A DNA stretch of 64,000 nucleotides from Tubulanus polymorphus. Taxonomy: Eukaryota > Animalia > Nemertea. The notes below the pieces were generated by a model. The model saw only the letters and a program-made list of their open reading frames with translations, ran no database searches and was not told the DNA's origin. Location of the stretch: assembly GCF_964204645.1 (NCBI RefSeq), contig NC_134028.1, forward strand, positions 5,208,001 to 5,272,000. The letters run 5' to 3'. The translations under genes were made by a program, and so were the position numbers. This document shows, in pieces, positions 24,501 through 39,500 of the stretch; the stretch's first letter is position 1; the number at the start of each line of letters is the position of its first letter.

Positions 24501-27500
24501 CACGGCGTAAGTTTACAAATTTGCATTCTCGATGAGAGCATTTACCTTTGACCGCTAAAAGCCAATTGCAGTCTGGAAGTAGCTATGCATACCAGCTTGT
24601 TTGAAAACTAAAAATCAATCTTGACCACCGTCCGCCGGTCTTTCAAACAACCAAATAGAGTCGAATAGTAGAATTAAACCATCTGTGTAATTCTTTTCTA
24701 GAATGGTAATGATTTTGGAGAACAGTTTGATGAGTTGCAGTACGTCATGGCTCAAGTGATGATTATTAAGCTTCGCGTGGAAGAGCCGAAAATTCTGTTC
24801 GACCCGCCGTTCAGGGAGGTCAAGGACATTATTCTACGCTGTTTTCAGGAGATCATAGCCAGCGGCGAAGGCTTACCTCGAGTGAGTTCTGTCGAATAAT
24901 TTAAAAAACCTACGTTCAAAAAGTACTTGTACAAAATTGATGAGGGAAACAGAAATTTTTAAGCGTTAGTTAGTCAATGCAGATGACCAAATAACTCGGA
25001 AATCAAGCAAATTGAAAGACATCACAAAAAGATGTTTGTAAAACTCACTGAATGGATTTGTTTGTATAATTTTACAGGTTGAATGTGATTTATTTCCTGA
25101 TATGCGCGGACAGCGTCTGTTACTGCGATCTGTAAAGATTGATGAATCGTTAGTTTCTGATTTCACCGATCGTGCGATGGCCATCTTTAAATCGAACACG
25201 ATCGGCCCACAAAAGTAAGCCCACTTTTTTGGTCGAGATTACGCGCCTGTAATTAATTATTTTTCTGAATGTTAAAAAACATTTTCACGGATGTTTTTAG
25301 ATATTTGAATACGTATCGGAAATACGCGGATCTGTTGAATAATAAAGCCGAACAGGATGTCACTTCATTCCTACAGGAACAACATTCGATTCTTGCTTTT
25401 AAAAAGGTAGAATTTATTAACGGCATCGTTGCCTGTAATATCAGGAATTCATAGTCTAACCGGCCTATGTACAATCTTTGCAGAAAATCAACAGTTATCA
25501 GGATTTGAAAGATGAGATTTGTTTATTGAGGATTACCGTTCCGCTGAGCATGTTCTGTTTGGATTGTATCGCTTTGAACAATGATCTCGCGTTACGATCA
25601 CAAAAACTGAAAGACAGACTCGTGCTGTTCGAAGTCGATGAAAATAGAGATCTCAACAAAGGGTAATTTATGAAATCCTTTATTTATGTATTATTTGTTC
25701 ATTCTCAAATAACTCAGAACTGTGGAACTTGGTCCAGTTTTAAAGGAACTGTAAATAAATCAATCCTGATTCATTTTCAGAATTTGTCGACGTTTCGATG
25801 AAATGTCTGATCGCGTGAGTGAAATGCCAGAAACGACTGCTGAACTGGTATCTCTGCAGGAATACCTCAGAACAGTAAGTACCCGGTAGTTCGCTCTGTG
25901 TCCTAAACCTCTCTATCGGACTCACTCCTCTATGTTTCACATTGCGTATTTCTAACCATACCCCTCACCGCACTGCCTAGGTATCTAATGATGAACCTCC
26001 TGAAGCTGAACCCGAACCAGATTATTATGACGATGAAGAGGGAGAAACGAAGGTGAACCCCTCAGTTCAGTTCGGCAGTTGCCCATTCATCTTTCATTGC
26101 TCTTCTTGTTCTGCTTCTTTGTTCATGTGTTTTATTGATTTTCCTATTTTCATCACTTATATGCTTTTTGTATCATTTCCAGCGCTTTTCCCACTATTGC
26201 TGTGTGTTCTCTTGTTTAAACTTCATTTCTGTAAATTTCTTTCAAGTCAATGGATGTAACCGTTTACAAGTTGAAAGATGAAATTGAAGAAGCTGCTAAT
26301 CGCCTAGAGTTCCTGCTCGACTATGCTTTCCTGCCTTGTAAGTTCAGTTTTATCCTTCTGGTGGTTTCAGATTTCTTGGATAGAACAGTCCTCACTATGA
26401 TGGATCATCCTATCTTTATTATTTTGCAGTGGAAGACATTAAGTTGAACAGTCTCGTATTCCACTGGCCCGATCACATTAAAACAGTATTCGAACTGGCG
26501 CAGTCGCGTATATCGAACAGACGCGAACACGCTGAAGACGAAGTCCGAAAGAGAGTCGAAGCTTTCGAAGAAAAACTCAACGAATACCAGAAAGAAGTCG
26601 ATTCTTTCAAAAAGAAAGAGGTACAGGGATTCGAGCCAGATGCCATTGCTTCCATCATAAACTTGAAAAGTAAAGAATATTTTCAAATATGAATTGTTTT
26701 TCCGTAGATTATGAGCGTTGATGAGATGAAGACAAACGTCGAGATACTGACGACTTTGCACACAAACCTCGAGTCGGCTAGAGAGGAACTGGAAGGATTG
26801 AATACCGAGGAAGAGTTACTAGAATGGGAACCGACTCAGATGCCTCAATTACAGCTCATGTTCCAACAGAAAGATCCTTATGATAAACTATGGTCGACTG
26901 CTCTCAACTTCCATACCAAGAATGAATTATGGTTGAATGGTGAGCTGAATTTTAGTGCTAGACAAAAACTTTCAATTTTTTTAACCCTTTTAGTACCGAT
27001 TAAGTGAAATTGAAAAATATTTTTGAAGGACCGTTTACGGAATTGAATGCGGAAGATATCGAAAACGAAATCGGAGACATGTGGCGTACGATGTACAAAC
27101 TGACGAAAACTTTCGGTGATCAAGCCGGACCTCGTAGGATCGCCGATAGCGTGAAGGGCAAAATTGATAAATTCAAACAACACATGCCGATATTGAGCGT
27201 AATCTGTAACCCTGGAATCAGGGATAGACATTGGGATACTGTAAGTTCTTATGGAGCCTGAATGAACTAGATGCCTTGATTTCAATCCCTTAGACTCTAA
27301 GATATATCAGTTCGTTTTAGATATTTGAACTCTTAGACTCAAATCTAACTCATGCAAATCATTTATTTGTCTTTTGATAATTTTAGATGAGTGATATCGT
27401 TGGATTTGACATCCGACCTCAAGAAGAAACTTCACTTTTTACTATGTTGGAATACGGTCTGAACAAGTACTTGGAAAAGTAAGTCAGAATTTGATTCAGT

Positions 27501-30500
27501 CGTAATTCAGAACACTTTTAGGCGAACGTAGCCTTCATTTTCTGTACATTTTTAGATTGGAAGAAATCGGAACAGCTGCTAGTAAGGAGTATTCATTAGA
27601 GAAGGGTATGGAGAAAATGAAGTTCGAATGGCAGGATATGTGTTTTGAATTCCTCGAGTACCGCGATACAGTGAGTTGTTGTTCCCAATCCTGTTGCCGA
27701 ATGATCTCGTAGCTCAGATAACAGATGGCCGATGTTGATATTTTCAGGGAGTCAGCATTCTGTCGGCGATCGATGATATACAAGTTTTACTCGACGATCA
27801 CATCATCAAAGCTCAGACGATGAGAGGTTCTCCGTTTATCAAACCGTTCGAAACTGAGATGAAAGAATGGGAAGAAAAACTTGTTCTGATGCAGGATATT
27901 CTTGATGAATGGTTGAAGGTAATCATTGCCAGTTTCTCTGAGCTTTGTCTTTTCTTACCTTTTGCCAAAATTAGGCTAGGATGATAGTGCGATCTGTATT
28001 TTTCGTAGAGTTCTTTCACCCCATAAATACCAGTTAGTATTAAATGTATTATTATTTTCAGTGTCAAGCGACCTGGTTGTACCTGGAACCGATTTTCAGT
28101 TCGGAAGATATCATGGCTCAAATGCCCGAAGAGGGTCGAAAATTCGGTATAGTGGACAGTTATTGGAGAGACATAATGACCGAATCGATAAAAGATACAC
28201 ATTGTTTAGCCGCGACTGCTCAGGCGAACATGTTAGGTCGGTTACGAGAAGCAAACGTTCTCCTGGAGGAAATTCAAAAAGGATTGAACGCATATCTCGA
28301 GAAGAAGCGATTGTATTTCCCAAGGTATCTAAAAGCTCCTAAACTATAAATGAATGAGGCATCCATTTCAGTTCATTGAATATGAATATCTCGGTTAATT
28401 TTACAGGTTTTTCTTCTTGTCGAATGACGAATTATTGGAGATTCTGTCCGAGACTAAAGATCCAATGCGCGTACAGCCGCATTTGAAGAAATGTTTCGAA
28501 GGAATCAGTCGTCTGGAGTTCACTGAACAACAGGAAATCGTTGGAATGGTTTCAGCTGAAAAGGAAACTGTCCAGTTCGCTTCGAAGATCTATCCAGCTA
28601 AAGCTAAGGTTTGTTTCCAAGTTATGAGTTCATTTCTGCTTAAAGCAGAAATTTTGTTCAGTACACGCAGCCTGTAATGAAAAACTTTGAAAAGCAATAC
28701 CTTGTTTTTTCGACAATGAAGAAATTGAGTCACTTTAAAACTTCATTCATTCTAGGGTATGGTGGAGAAATGGCTGTTACAAGTGGAAGATGTAATGATA
28801 AACAGCATACGTAAAGTAATATCAGAGTCTCTGCAGGCTTATTTGAATACGCCACGTGAACGCTGGGTTTTAGAATGGCCCGGACAGGTTATACTGTGTG
28901 TAAGCACCATCTACTGGTCACTGGAAGTACAGGAAGCCATGAAAGAACCTGATGGCATGAAGGTAAACTTTGAGAAAATTCTCTCCATGAACCATGTCCT
29001 GTGGCAAATTGAATTGATATGATAACATATACAAATAAATTATTTTTTTGTTTTAGAAATATCTTGAAAAAAGCAATAAACAGATCGATCACATAGTAGA
29101 ACTGGTGCGTGGTAAACTTGATGGTGGAACTCGTGTTACTCTGGGAGCTTTGACTGTCATAGATGTCCATGGTAAAGTCTTTCAATTCATTCTCTTATCA
29201 TTCAATTCACTGCTAATTTTCATAATTGTAAATATGTGATGAGTTGAGGTGTTTCGATAGGGTTTTTATTCAAATCTTGGTTGTTGTATTCCAGCTCGAG
29301 ATGTCGTTGCTAAATTAACCGAAGATGACGTACGTAGTCCGAACAGTTTCGATTGGTTGAGTCAGTTACGTTATTATTGGGAGAATAACGACGTCATCGT
29401 GCGTATGATCACCACTGATATCGGTTACGGTTACGAGTATCTAGGAAACTCTGGTCGTTTGGTCATCACACCTCTTACTGATAGGTGTTATAGGTAAGAC
29501 ACTGGAAGAATACAGCCATAAAACTCTTCCAAAATTACTTGATTATAAGGAGTGCAGGATCTGCGTTAACCTGGTGTCGAATCAGTAAACATTAAGACAA
29601 ATTGTACTTTGAAGGTTAACTTTCATTTCATCAAAAGTACAAGCTTATACAGCTAGTGGTGAAAGCTTGTACTTTTAATAGAATCGAGTAAACCTTCACA
29701 GTACAATTTGTCTTCACATTCACCAAATTTAATCAACTGTTAAACAGGTTTAAATACAGTTGCAAACCCTTTAGAAATAATGGTGAACTCCGAAATGAAT
29801 TCATTGGATTAAACTTATTCTGATTTGTCTGATTTTTAGGACATTGATGGGAGCGTTGAAGCTGAATTTAGGTGGTGCGCCCGAAGGCCCGGCCGGTACT
29901 GGTAAAACTGAAACGTGTAAAGATTTAGCCAAAGCGGTTGCCAAACAATGCGTAGTTTTCAACTGTTCCGACGGCTTGGATTATAAAGCGATGGGTAAAT
30001 TCTTCAAGGGTTTAGCTCAGGCGGGTGCGTGGGCGTGTTTCGATGAGTTTAATCGTATCGAGTTGGAAGTGTTGTCGGTCGTCGCGCAGCAGATTCACAC
30101 GATTCAGATGGCGATCGCGAACAAACTGAAACGGTTCTTATTCGAAGGAACGGAGCTGTCGTTGAACCCGACTTGTACGATGTTCATCACGATGAACCCG
30201 GGTTACGCCGGCCGTCAAGAATTACCCGATAACCTGAAGGTAAGATTCTGAAAATCCGGAGAAACAGTTTTGGGTTGGCAGTTAAAAAACCCATTTTAGT
30301 TGAAAACTGAAAATTCGAAATCTATTTTGATATTTTGAATCTGTTGGGTTTTTATTGTGGGTTTGACGCTTAGACTTTATTTGCGACACATGGCTAATTT
30401 CTACTTATGGTTCTGGGTTCTTTACATTCAGGTATCTGAATACCGGGTACATACATATAACGGTTCTGATTTCAGGTATTATTCCGTACAGTAGCTATGA

Positions 30501-33500
30501 TGGTTCCGGATTACGCTTTGATCGGTGAAATCTCACTTTATTCGATGGGTTTTGTCGACGCTAGAAGGTAAAACATCTCTTTAATATGCTTCAAACTCAG
30601 CTAGAGGCTACATGTTAATCACTGCATGATGTTTGATATAGTTTCACAGTTTCGGTTTACTAGGGTTCAAGGCAGCCACTGAATTAAAATAGGTCAATGA
30701 AAGTCTTTGAATTTTGAACAAATGATAATTTTTGGAGGCAAGCAGTGAGCAAAAAGCATCTTTCACCAAATGCTTAAATGCTGTACTTGTATGCCAACAG
30801 TATTTGATAAAACCTTTTAATTAGCTGAAAATGCTTGAGAGTCATCTGCGATACTAACTGACTTGAAACTCATTAACTTGGAAAACCTACAAAACTCATT
30901 GAATGAGAAAATCTGACTAATTTTGCCTGAAACCTGGAAAATCAGGGAATTTAGGTGGCCAGTACAACTTTGAACCCTAGTACGCATTTTGTCTCATTCA
31001 CTCACACTGAATCACTGCATGTATTTCTATGAATGTGTTTCCCCACAGTTTGGCCGGCAAGATCGTAGCCACCTATCGACTGTGTTCAGAATTACTTTCC
31101 TCGCAACATCATTACGATTACGGAATGAGAGCCGTGAAATCGGTATTAACCGCCGCCGGTAATCTGAAACTGAAATACCCCGAACAGGATGAACAGATTC
31201 TCTTACTGAAAGCTATCAATGACGTCAACTTACCCAAATTCCTCGCACAGGTAGAGATGCTTGATTTATCACGAATTTGTCGATTCACTTGAAAATGTGG
31301 ACCTGGTTCAACAGTTGTCGATTAGATTTTAGTTGCTAAGCTCTAAGGAACTCTCAACTTAAAATTTCGTCCGAGAACTGTGGAATCAGGTCCTGCATGT
31401 TAAGTACAATGTTGTGCATCAGGTATTTCATCTTACCGTACTTTAAGATATCGTCTTAGAAGACCGGTTGAACATGTATTCATTTTTTTACAATCCCTTA
31501 TTTCTAGGATGTACCATTGTTCGAAGGTATCATCTCTGATTTGTTCCCGGGAGTCAAATTACCCCAACCAGACTACGGAGTATTCCTGGACGCGCTGAAA
31601 GAGAATTTAGCCAAGATGAAACTACAAGCTGTTCCATGGTTTATTGACAAGATTATTCAGGTAATAACGGATTTATGAATAACCTTAAGATGTTACAGAC
31701 TTCGAGATCTTTTTGAAAAATTAACATATTCTATTTGTCCTACATTGTAGGTTTATGAGATGATATTGGTTCGTCATGGTTTGATGATAGTTGGAGAACC
31801 GTTAGGGGGTAAAACAATGTCCTATCAGGTACTAGCGGCCGCGTTAGGTGACCTGGCAGCGGCTGGATTGATGGACGAACATAAAGTTCAATACCGTATT
31901 ATCAACCCTAAATCCATCACTATGGGTCAGCTGTACGGTTGCTTCGATCCAGTCTCTCATGAATGGACTGATGGTAAGTAAGATCTCTATGAAATTAATT
32001 TCAATGCTCAATTTTACAAAGCTTACCGTAATCTTTTACTGCAAACATTGTCATCATTTATTTAATCATTATTTCTGAAATACTGTTGTGAAGTTTACAT
32101 TTAACTGCTGTTTTGTTTAGGTGTTTTGGCGAATACATTCCGTGAATATGCCAGTAACCCGAATGACGACAGGAAATGGATATTATTTGATGGTCCGGTC
32201 GATGCTGTATGGATCGAAAACATGAACACCGTACTCGACGATAATAAAAAGGTAAATGAAACATTTCTTATAGACCCTGGGGCCGGTTCCATAGTGGAGA
32301 CCTAAGTCCAAAAGTGGTCATAAACCACAAGACTGGTCTTAAGTTGTTGGGCTAGGATGGTTTTAGACTGGTCTAATGTCTAAGCCATGACTATGGAACC
32401 AGCCCCTGTTCAGCAGTTGCATCTGACTTGAGTTCCAGAGAGAAATAATCAAAAAAGATTGATTATCTGCGAGATCTATTCTTCCTGTACGCGATGGTCC
32501 TGATTTTCCATTGAAATCCATATTTTTTTCTAATCGTTACAGTTATGTTTGATGAGTGGTGAAATCATACAGATGAGTAACACGATGAATTTGATATTTG
32601 AACCGGCCGATCTCGAACAAGCGTCACCCGCTACCGTCAGCAGGTGCGGTATGATCTATCTAGAGCCGCATCAACTCGGCTGGCGTCCTTCGATGAACTC
32701 GTGGATGCAACATGAATTGCCGAAGAATTTAACCGAGGAGCACATTGAGCTGGTCACTGATTTGTTTGAATGGTGAGTAGTGTTGCCACCTCAATATAAA
32801 CAATGAATATTGCGAGAATTATGACTCCAGCGTTCAACTCTTAGGATAGTAAGGATAGGCAACAACAATTTTACACTTCTTACTTGTAGAATAGCCGGTA
32901 CACTCGGAAATAGAGGATTGACAATATGATTAAAACCCGCTGTGTAACCCATAATGTATTTCTCTTTGATTTAGGTTGATTGATCCATGTTTGAGTTTTA
33001 TCGCGCACAACTGTAAATGTATAGTGATCACGTCTCCTATTCACCTGGTCGTTACTCAAATGAGACTTTATAAAGCATTAATGGATGAAATCATTCATTC
33101 TGGTGAAGATGGCTGGGATCAACTTTCAGCTCAACAGGTAATTAACCAGTAAAGCCAACTATTAATTTTACCAGTTCCCAAGTTTTCTTTAACTGGTAAT
33201 TCATATCTCTTTTGCTACATCTACTTCAGATTATGCTATGGCTGCAAGGTTTGTTCCTGTTCTCGTTAGTCTGGTCTATCGGTAGTACATTAGTCGGTGA
33301 TAGTCGCAAGAAATTCGACACCTATTTCCGACATCTGATCTCCGGTACGGACGCCGACCATCCTAAACCTAAAAGTATCAAAATCACCAAGGTACGATTT
33401 TATGAATGAAGACAGTTTCTGTCTTTTACGATGTTGAGCTTTTAGAAATAGTTTGTTAATGTTAAACGATCTTATTTTCAGAGCAATTCATTCCCTGAGC

Positions 33501-36500
33501 GCGGCAGTATATATGATTTCTGTTTCGACAAGAAAGGCGGAGGATCGTGGGTTGATTGGATGGACACAATCGACAAATCTAAAACCGCTATTCCGGCTAA
33601 TGCCAAAGTAAGTCATATTAAATCTATGATACAAACATAGCACTCCTTAAAGATGGTGCTATATAGTCAAGTTTTGAAATTTACATTTATTTAGACACAA
33701 AAATTGTTTACAAAATAGTTTCATGATAACAGCATTTTCCATTAATATAAGTCAATAAACATAAACACATAGATATGTCAACTATGTAGATGAATATACA
33801 AAATTGTGCCAAGGATTCATGCCAAGCCTTGATGGCCTGTACTCCAGGCAGGATCAACCTGTCTTTGTAGCTCAGTGAATAAGGTTTTTGACCCACAACC
33901 GCCAGTGAACCCATGCTTTTTGGTGAGGAAATATGTCAGTGACTCACTGATCGAACATCAATTCGAAACTCATATGTGGGTCATTACTCTGATTGAAGAG
34001 GTTTCCACAGTACCAGAACAAAAGAATAATAACCATGATAGCATTGAGAGTAACAATAAAAAAGAAAAAATTTATGCCATTAATGATAATATTAATGAAA
34101 GTATTCTACCAGGAAAGTTTTGTTGAAGTTACAGTTCATTCTGTATTTTCTATAGGTCAGTGATCTGATAATATCTACGTCAGATACGGCTCGACAGGTA
34201 TTCTTCCTCGACGTTTTCCTCACTCATGAAATACCGCTGCTGTTCGTCGGTGAAACCGGTACCGGTAAATCGGCCATCACGAACAATCACTTGATTTCGT
34301 TACCGAAAGAGAAATACGTGCCGAACATGATGAATTTCTCGGCGCGTACGTCTGCCGGTCAAACTCAGGATATCATCATGTCTAAACTAGACAGGTAAGA
34401 AAAACTTCAGCACGAGTTCACGCTTAAATTCCCTTAAGGCCAGTGTGTCAAATGTTGATTCAAGTTACTGGCCCAGGACCCTGATTCGCGAGGCTTATCA
34501 TGATGAATTTCAATTGTTGAAGTCATTCGGGAGCAAATGATCATAAAAACCTTTATTTTCAATTTAAATCTTTCAGACGAAGGAAAGGAGTCTACGGTCC
34601 GCCGATGGGTAAAAAATCGATTTGTTTCGTCGATGATTTGAATATGCCGGCAAAAGAGAAATACGGCGCTCAACCTCCGATTGAATTGTTGAGACAGCTC
34701 ATCGACCACGGTCACTGGTACGATAAAAAAGACACGACAAAAATATTCCTCACTGATATAGTAAGTCATTTGTATTATTGCCTGCATTTTGAATGAATTT
34801 TGGGTGACTGGGTCCTAATGCAGCGCGAATAATAGTCTCAATCAATCATGGGTTTGAATCCTTTGAGGCGACTTTGGTCAACTTCACATCAGAGATTCTT
34901 CTTTCCATCATTTGGGAAAGATGATTTTAACTCTTGAGTGGCCGTCAGTCAGTTGAGGGACAAAAATGTGCTTGTTATTTTACAAGATCTCGTCTGATAT
35001 GACAATTGTGTGTACATGTGTATTTATTTCTGTAGTTATTAGTGAGCGCGATGGGTCCACCAGGTGGCGGTAGACACGATATCTCCAGTCGTATGACCCG
35101 TCACATGAACATCATATCCATCGATCAGTTCGATGAGAATACGATGTCTAGAATATTCACGTCGATCGTCGATTGGCATTTCGCTAAAGGATTCGATGCA
35201 ACTTTCTCCAGACTCGGCAAAGTAAGTACCTAAATAGAATATATGCTAGGAGTGTCCTTTTTTTCAGAAAACTTTCATATTTTTCTGGTTGTCACAATTC
35301 TAGAATCTAGAGGTTGGGCAAATGCTTACCAAAAAAGTTTTGGGTTAAGATCTGAACTCATTTTCGATGACATGAAATCTGGGGTAAAACTGTGTAACTG
35401 GATTCTTACTTCTCTAATTACAGTTACTGGTTACTGGAACTATGGCTGTTTATAAAGCAGCTGTAGAGAATTTCTTACCGACTCCGTCTAAAAGTCACTA
35501 CGTGTTTAATTTGAGAGATTTCGCGCGCGTTATACAAGGAGTGCTGTTAGTACCGGCGTCTGTGATGACCGAGGGTGATAAACTCATACGTCTGTGGGTT
35601 CATGAAATTTATCGAGTTTTCTACGATCGTTTGATCGATGACGATGACAGGTTAGTTATTGATCGCTGCCTACAGTTCATTTATTAATTGATGATACCCA
35701 GTACTTGTTTTTCTGCGATATTATGTTTAAATTTTGAGATAAACACCAGTACCTTACTTAGGTCTTCACATGACTCTAAAAATTGCAGATGTCTGATATT
35801 ATATCAGAGACCAATTGCACTGTAACCATGGTGTTCGGCCACCAGCTAACTCTAACCAACTTTTGAGCAACTGGGCCCTGATCTTAATGTAACAGGAAGA
35901 AATATCTGTCCTTCCCGAGCTTCGAACTCACGATGCCTGGCGTCCAAGGCTGACGCTCTTCCGCTGAGCCAAAGGGAATATTCCCGTTAGCTGAGCTAGT
36001 AGTAACACTGTAATACCCGGTCACATTTACCAATTGGAAGATTGGCTAATTGATTCAATCAAACGATTGATTTCATATGATTCAAAAAACTTTTAATTCT
36101 CTTTCAGGGTGGCGTTCTTTAGCATCGTTAAAGAAGAATGCAACAACGCTTTCAAAATATCGATGGATAAAGTTCTCGGTCATCTGACCAAGTCGGGAAA
36201 TGTGAAAGACGAAAATATCAGAAGTTTGCTGTTCGGCGACTACATGAACACCGAATCAGAGACGAAAATCTATAACGAAGTCACAGATTTGAAGGAACTT
36301 ACAAAAGTCATGGAACAGTAAGCGTTGTTTTGAATATGGTTGATGTTTTTTACTGCCAGGCTCTCCACAAATCAACATGAAATTTCACAATTAAGTTGAA
36401 CTCAATTTTTGGTCGAGTTGCTGTTCTAAGATTTAGTTCTAGCATATATACCGGTAGTTGCCATTGGCTTATTGAGATATCAGAACTGACTATGACTACT

Positions 36501-39500
36501 TTTTGAGAGTAGTTTCTACCCATTTTGAGAGCTCAATTACTCTCAAAAAGTTATATCAAAATAATCTCAAATTAGAATGAATTCTAGTTCATTTTCTATT
36601 AGACTATATTCTTTATATCAACTTACTCTTTTTCGCTGAAAACTACTACAATTATCAGATCTGTCTGGTCTGTGATGAAATATTTTTTTGATTGATTTTT
36701 CAAAGTGTATATACCGGGTATTCGTGGATTATTTTCAGTTATCTCGATGAATACAACATGATCAGTAAAACACCGATGTCGTTAGTGATGTTTAAATTCG
36801 CGATCGAACACATTTCTCGAGTGAGCCGCGTTCTGAAACAGGATAACGGACATTGTTTACTGATCGGTATCGGTGGCAGCGGTCGCCAGAGCGCGACCAA
36901 ACTAGCCACGTTCATGGCCGATTACGATCTGTTCCAAATTGAAATCACCAGAAACTACACAGCCAATGAATGGAGAGATGACATCAAAAAGGTACTTTTT
37001 CTGCATAGGTTATCTATGAATCAATGATTCAGTTTTTGCAGTTTTAATGCCAATTTCATTGTTTACTTTTTGACCTCAAAAATAGTTATTTAATTTCTTT
37101 GATCAATCAGAAAAGATACCTCGCTACAGGTCTTGTTTTCTGATGCTGGTGAAATGATGCATCTCTTTCATGAAATCTTTCTCACTTCTTTTTATAAAGT
37201 TGTTACTGAAAGCTGGAACCGAAGGTAGAAACATGGTATTCCTGTTCGCCGACACGCAGATTAAGGACGAATCGTTTATGGAGGATATTAGTATGATATT
37301 AAACACTGGTGACGTACCGAATCTTTACCCAGCTGACGAAAAAGCTGAAATCATCGAAAAAATGCAAGCAATCGCGAGACAAGAGGTAAGTGTTTCGATG
37401 TCCGCCTATCTTCAGGAATAAGACAACAATCCAGAGTATCATCAGATTTGAGCAGTCATTAGGGCAACCTGTTGATAACTACCACTCACTTAAGAGCTTC
37501 TGTACATAAATAGTCAGTTTATGCATATAATGACATCTGCATAGTAAACCTTGCCTGACTCGGACAAGTTGGGACTGGCAAAATTGGTCCGAGTAAAGCA
37601 AAAGTCTGAGTTTAGGATCGTGAAATTAGTTAGTAAGTCGGAAAATCATTTGGAAAACAAAATTGGTGATGATGCATAAAAGGTAAAGTAATCTTATTAT
37701 TGATTCCGTTGTTTCTAGGGTAAAAAGATCGATGCTACCCCGCTGGCGATGTACAGCTACTTCATCGAACGAGTTCGCAGTAATTTACATATCGCGCTGG
37801 CGATGAGTCCGATCGGTGACGCTTTCAGAAATCGTTTGAGAATGTTCCCGTCGTTGATTAACTGTTGTACGATCGATTGGTTCATGGCTTGGCCGTCGGA
37901 CGCGCTCGAAATGGTGGCTAATAAATTCTTAGAGGATGTCGAACTAGAGGACACGATGAGAACGGAAAGCGTAGCGATGTGTAAACATTTCCACGAAAGC
38001 GTCAGAACTCTATCATTGAAGTTAGTATTGCAATATCCTACTTGTACTCATCTTATTTCTATGTCTTGCTATTGCATTTTCAGTCAAAAAGAAATGATTA
38101 ATGAGATGTTCATTTGATCTTGAAATAAGGAATCAACCCTCTTATTTATTTGATTGATCGATTTTGATTTGATTCGAATTTGTGTCCCTTACATTGATTG
38201 GTATATCTGATTTGAATTGACTAAACTGACTGAATTGATTTGAACTTGGTGTCCGGGAATGAAAAAGGGGGTTTGATTTTGAAATCAAAGTACAGATATA
38301 GATAGTTGAATAATCGGTAAAATTTGCATACCGTAATTCTTTTCTTCGAAAGTGCGTAATTTGAGATAACGGTAATAAATTCACGTTTTCAATTTCAGAT
38401 TCTTTACGATGTTGAGACGTCATAATTACGTAACTCCGACCTCCTACCTCGAACTGATCCTCACTTTTAAACGAATGCTCGGTTTGAAACGTAACGAAAT
38501 CATGCAATTGAAAAATCGTTACCTGACCGGTTTGGAGAAACTGGAATTCGCGGCGTCGCAAGTTTCCGTCATGCAACAAGAACTGCGCGATCTGCAGCCG
38601 GAATTGATCAAAACGTCGGCCGAAACCGAGAAACTCATGGTCAAAATAGAACAAGACACGGTGGAAGTCGAGGCGAAAAAAGAAGTCGTCAGCGCAGACG
38701 AAGCGGTAGCTAACGAAGCAGCCGCAGCTGCTCAGGCGATCAAGGATGAATGCGAGAGCGATCTAGCTGAAGCTATTCCTGCCCTGGAAGCTTCGATTTC
38801 CGCTCTGAATACGTTGAAACCGTCAGATATTACTGTAGTTAAATCCATGAAGGTGTGTAAACTTCTTGATTACTTGAATGAATAAAACAGTCAGTCAGAG
38901 GCATGCCTAGTGTGGTAGAGCTGGTGGCATGGCATAAAATAATCAAGAAATATTTAACTGGAAATTTGTATTTTCTTTCAGAATCCACCTAACATTATCA
39001 AACTGGTTATGGAATCCGTATGCGTTATGTTAGGTCTGAAGGCAGAGCGTAAACCCGACCCAGGCGGCTCCGGTAAAATGATTGAAGATTTCTGGGGCCC
39101 ATCTCAGAAACTTCTCGGCGATATGAAGTTTCTGGAACGCTTGAAATTGTACGATAAAGACAACATCTCGCCACCCGTTATCAAGAAAATTCGAGACAAA
39201 TACATCCCTAATCCGGAGTTCGAGCCGTCTATCGTGGCTAAAGCTTCGACCGCGTGCGAGGGTTTAGTGAAATGGGTTCGCGCGATGGACGTTTACGATC
39301 GCGTGGCTAAAGTTGTCGCTCCGAAGAAAGCAAAACTGGCAGAGGCAGAGGCTGATTTGTCCGTTCAAATGGAGAAACTGAACTTGAAAAGATCGCAATT
39401 ACAAGAGGTAACCTAAAGTCGAGAAGATAGACGATATCCATGAAGATGAATATGAAAGAAATCCCACAATAATTCAGCCAAAGATATGAAGTTCTTGGGT

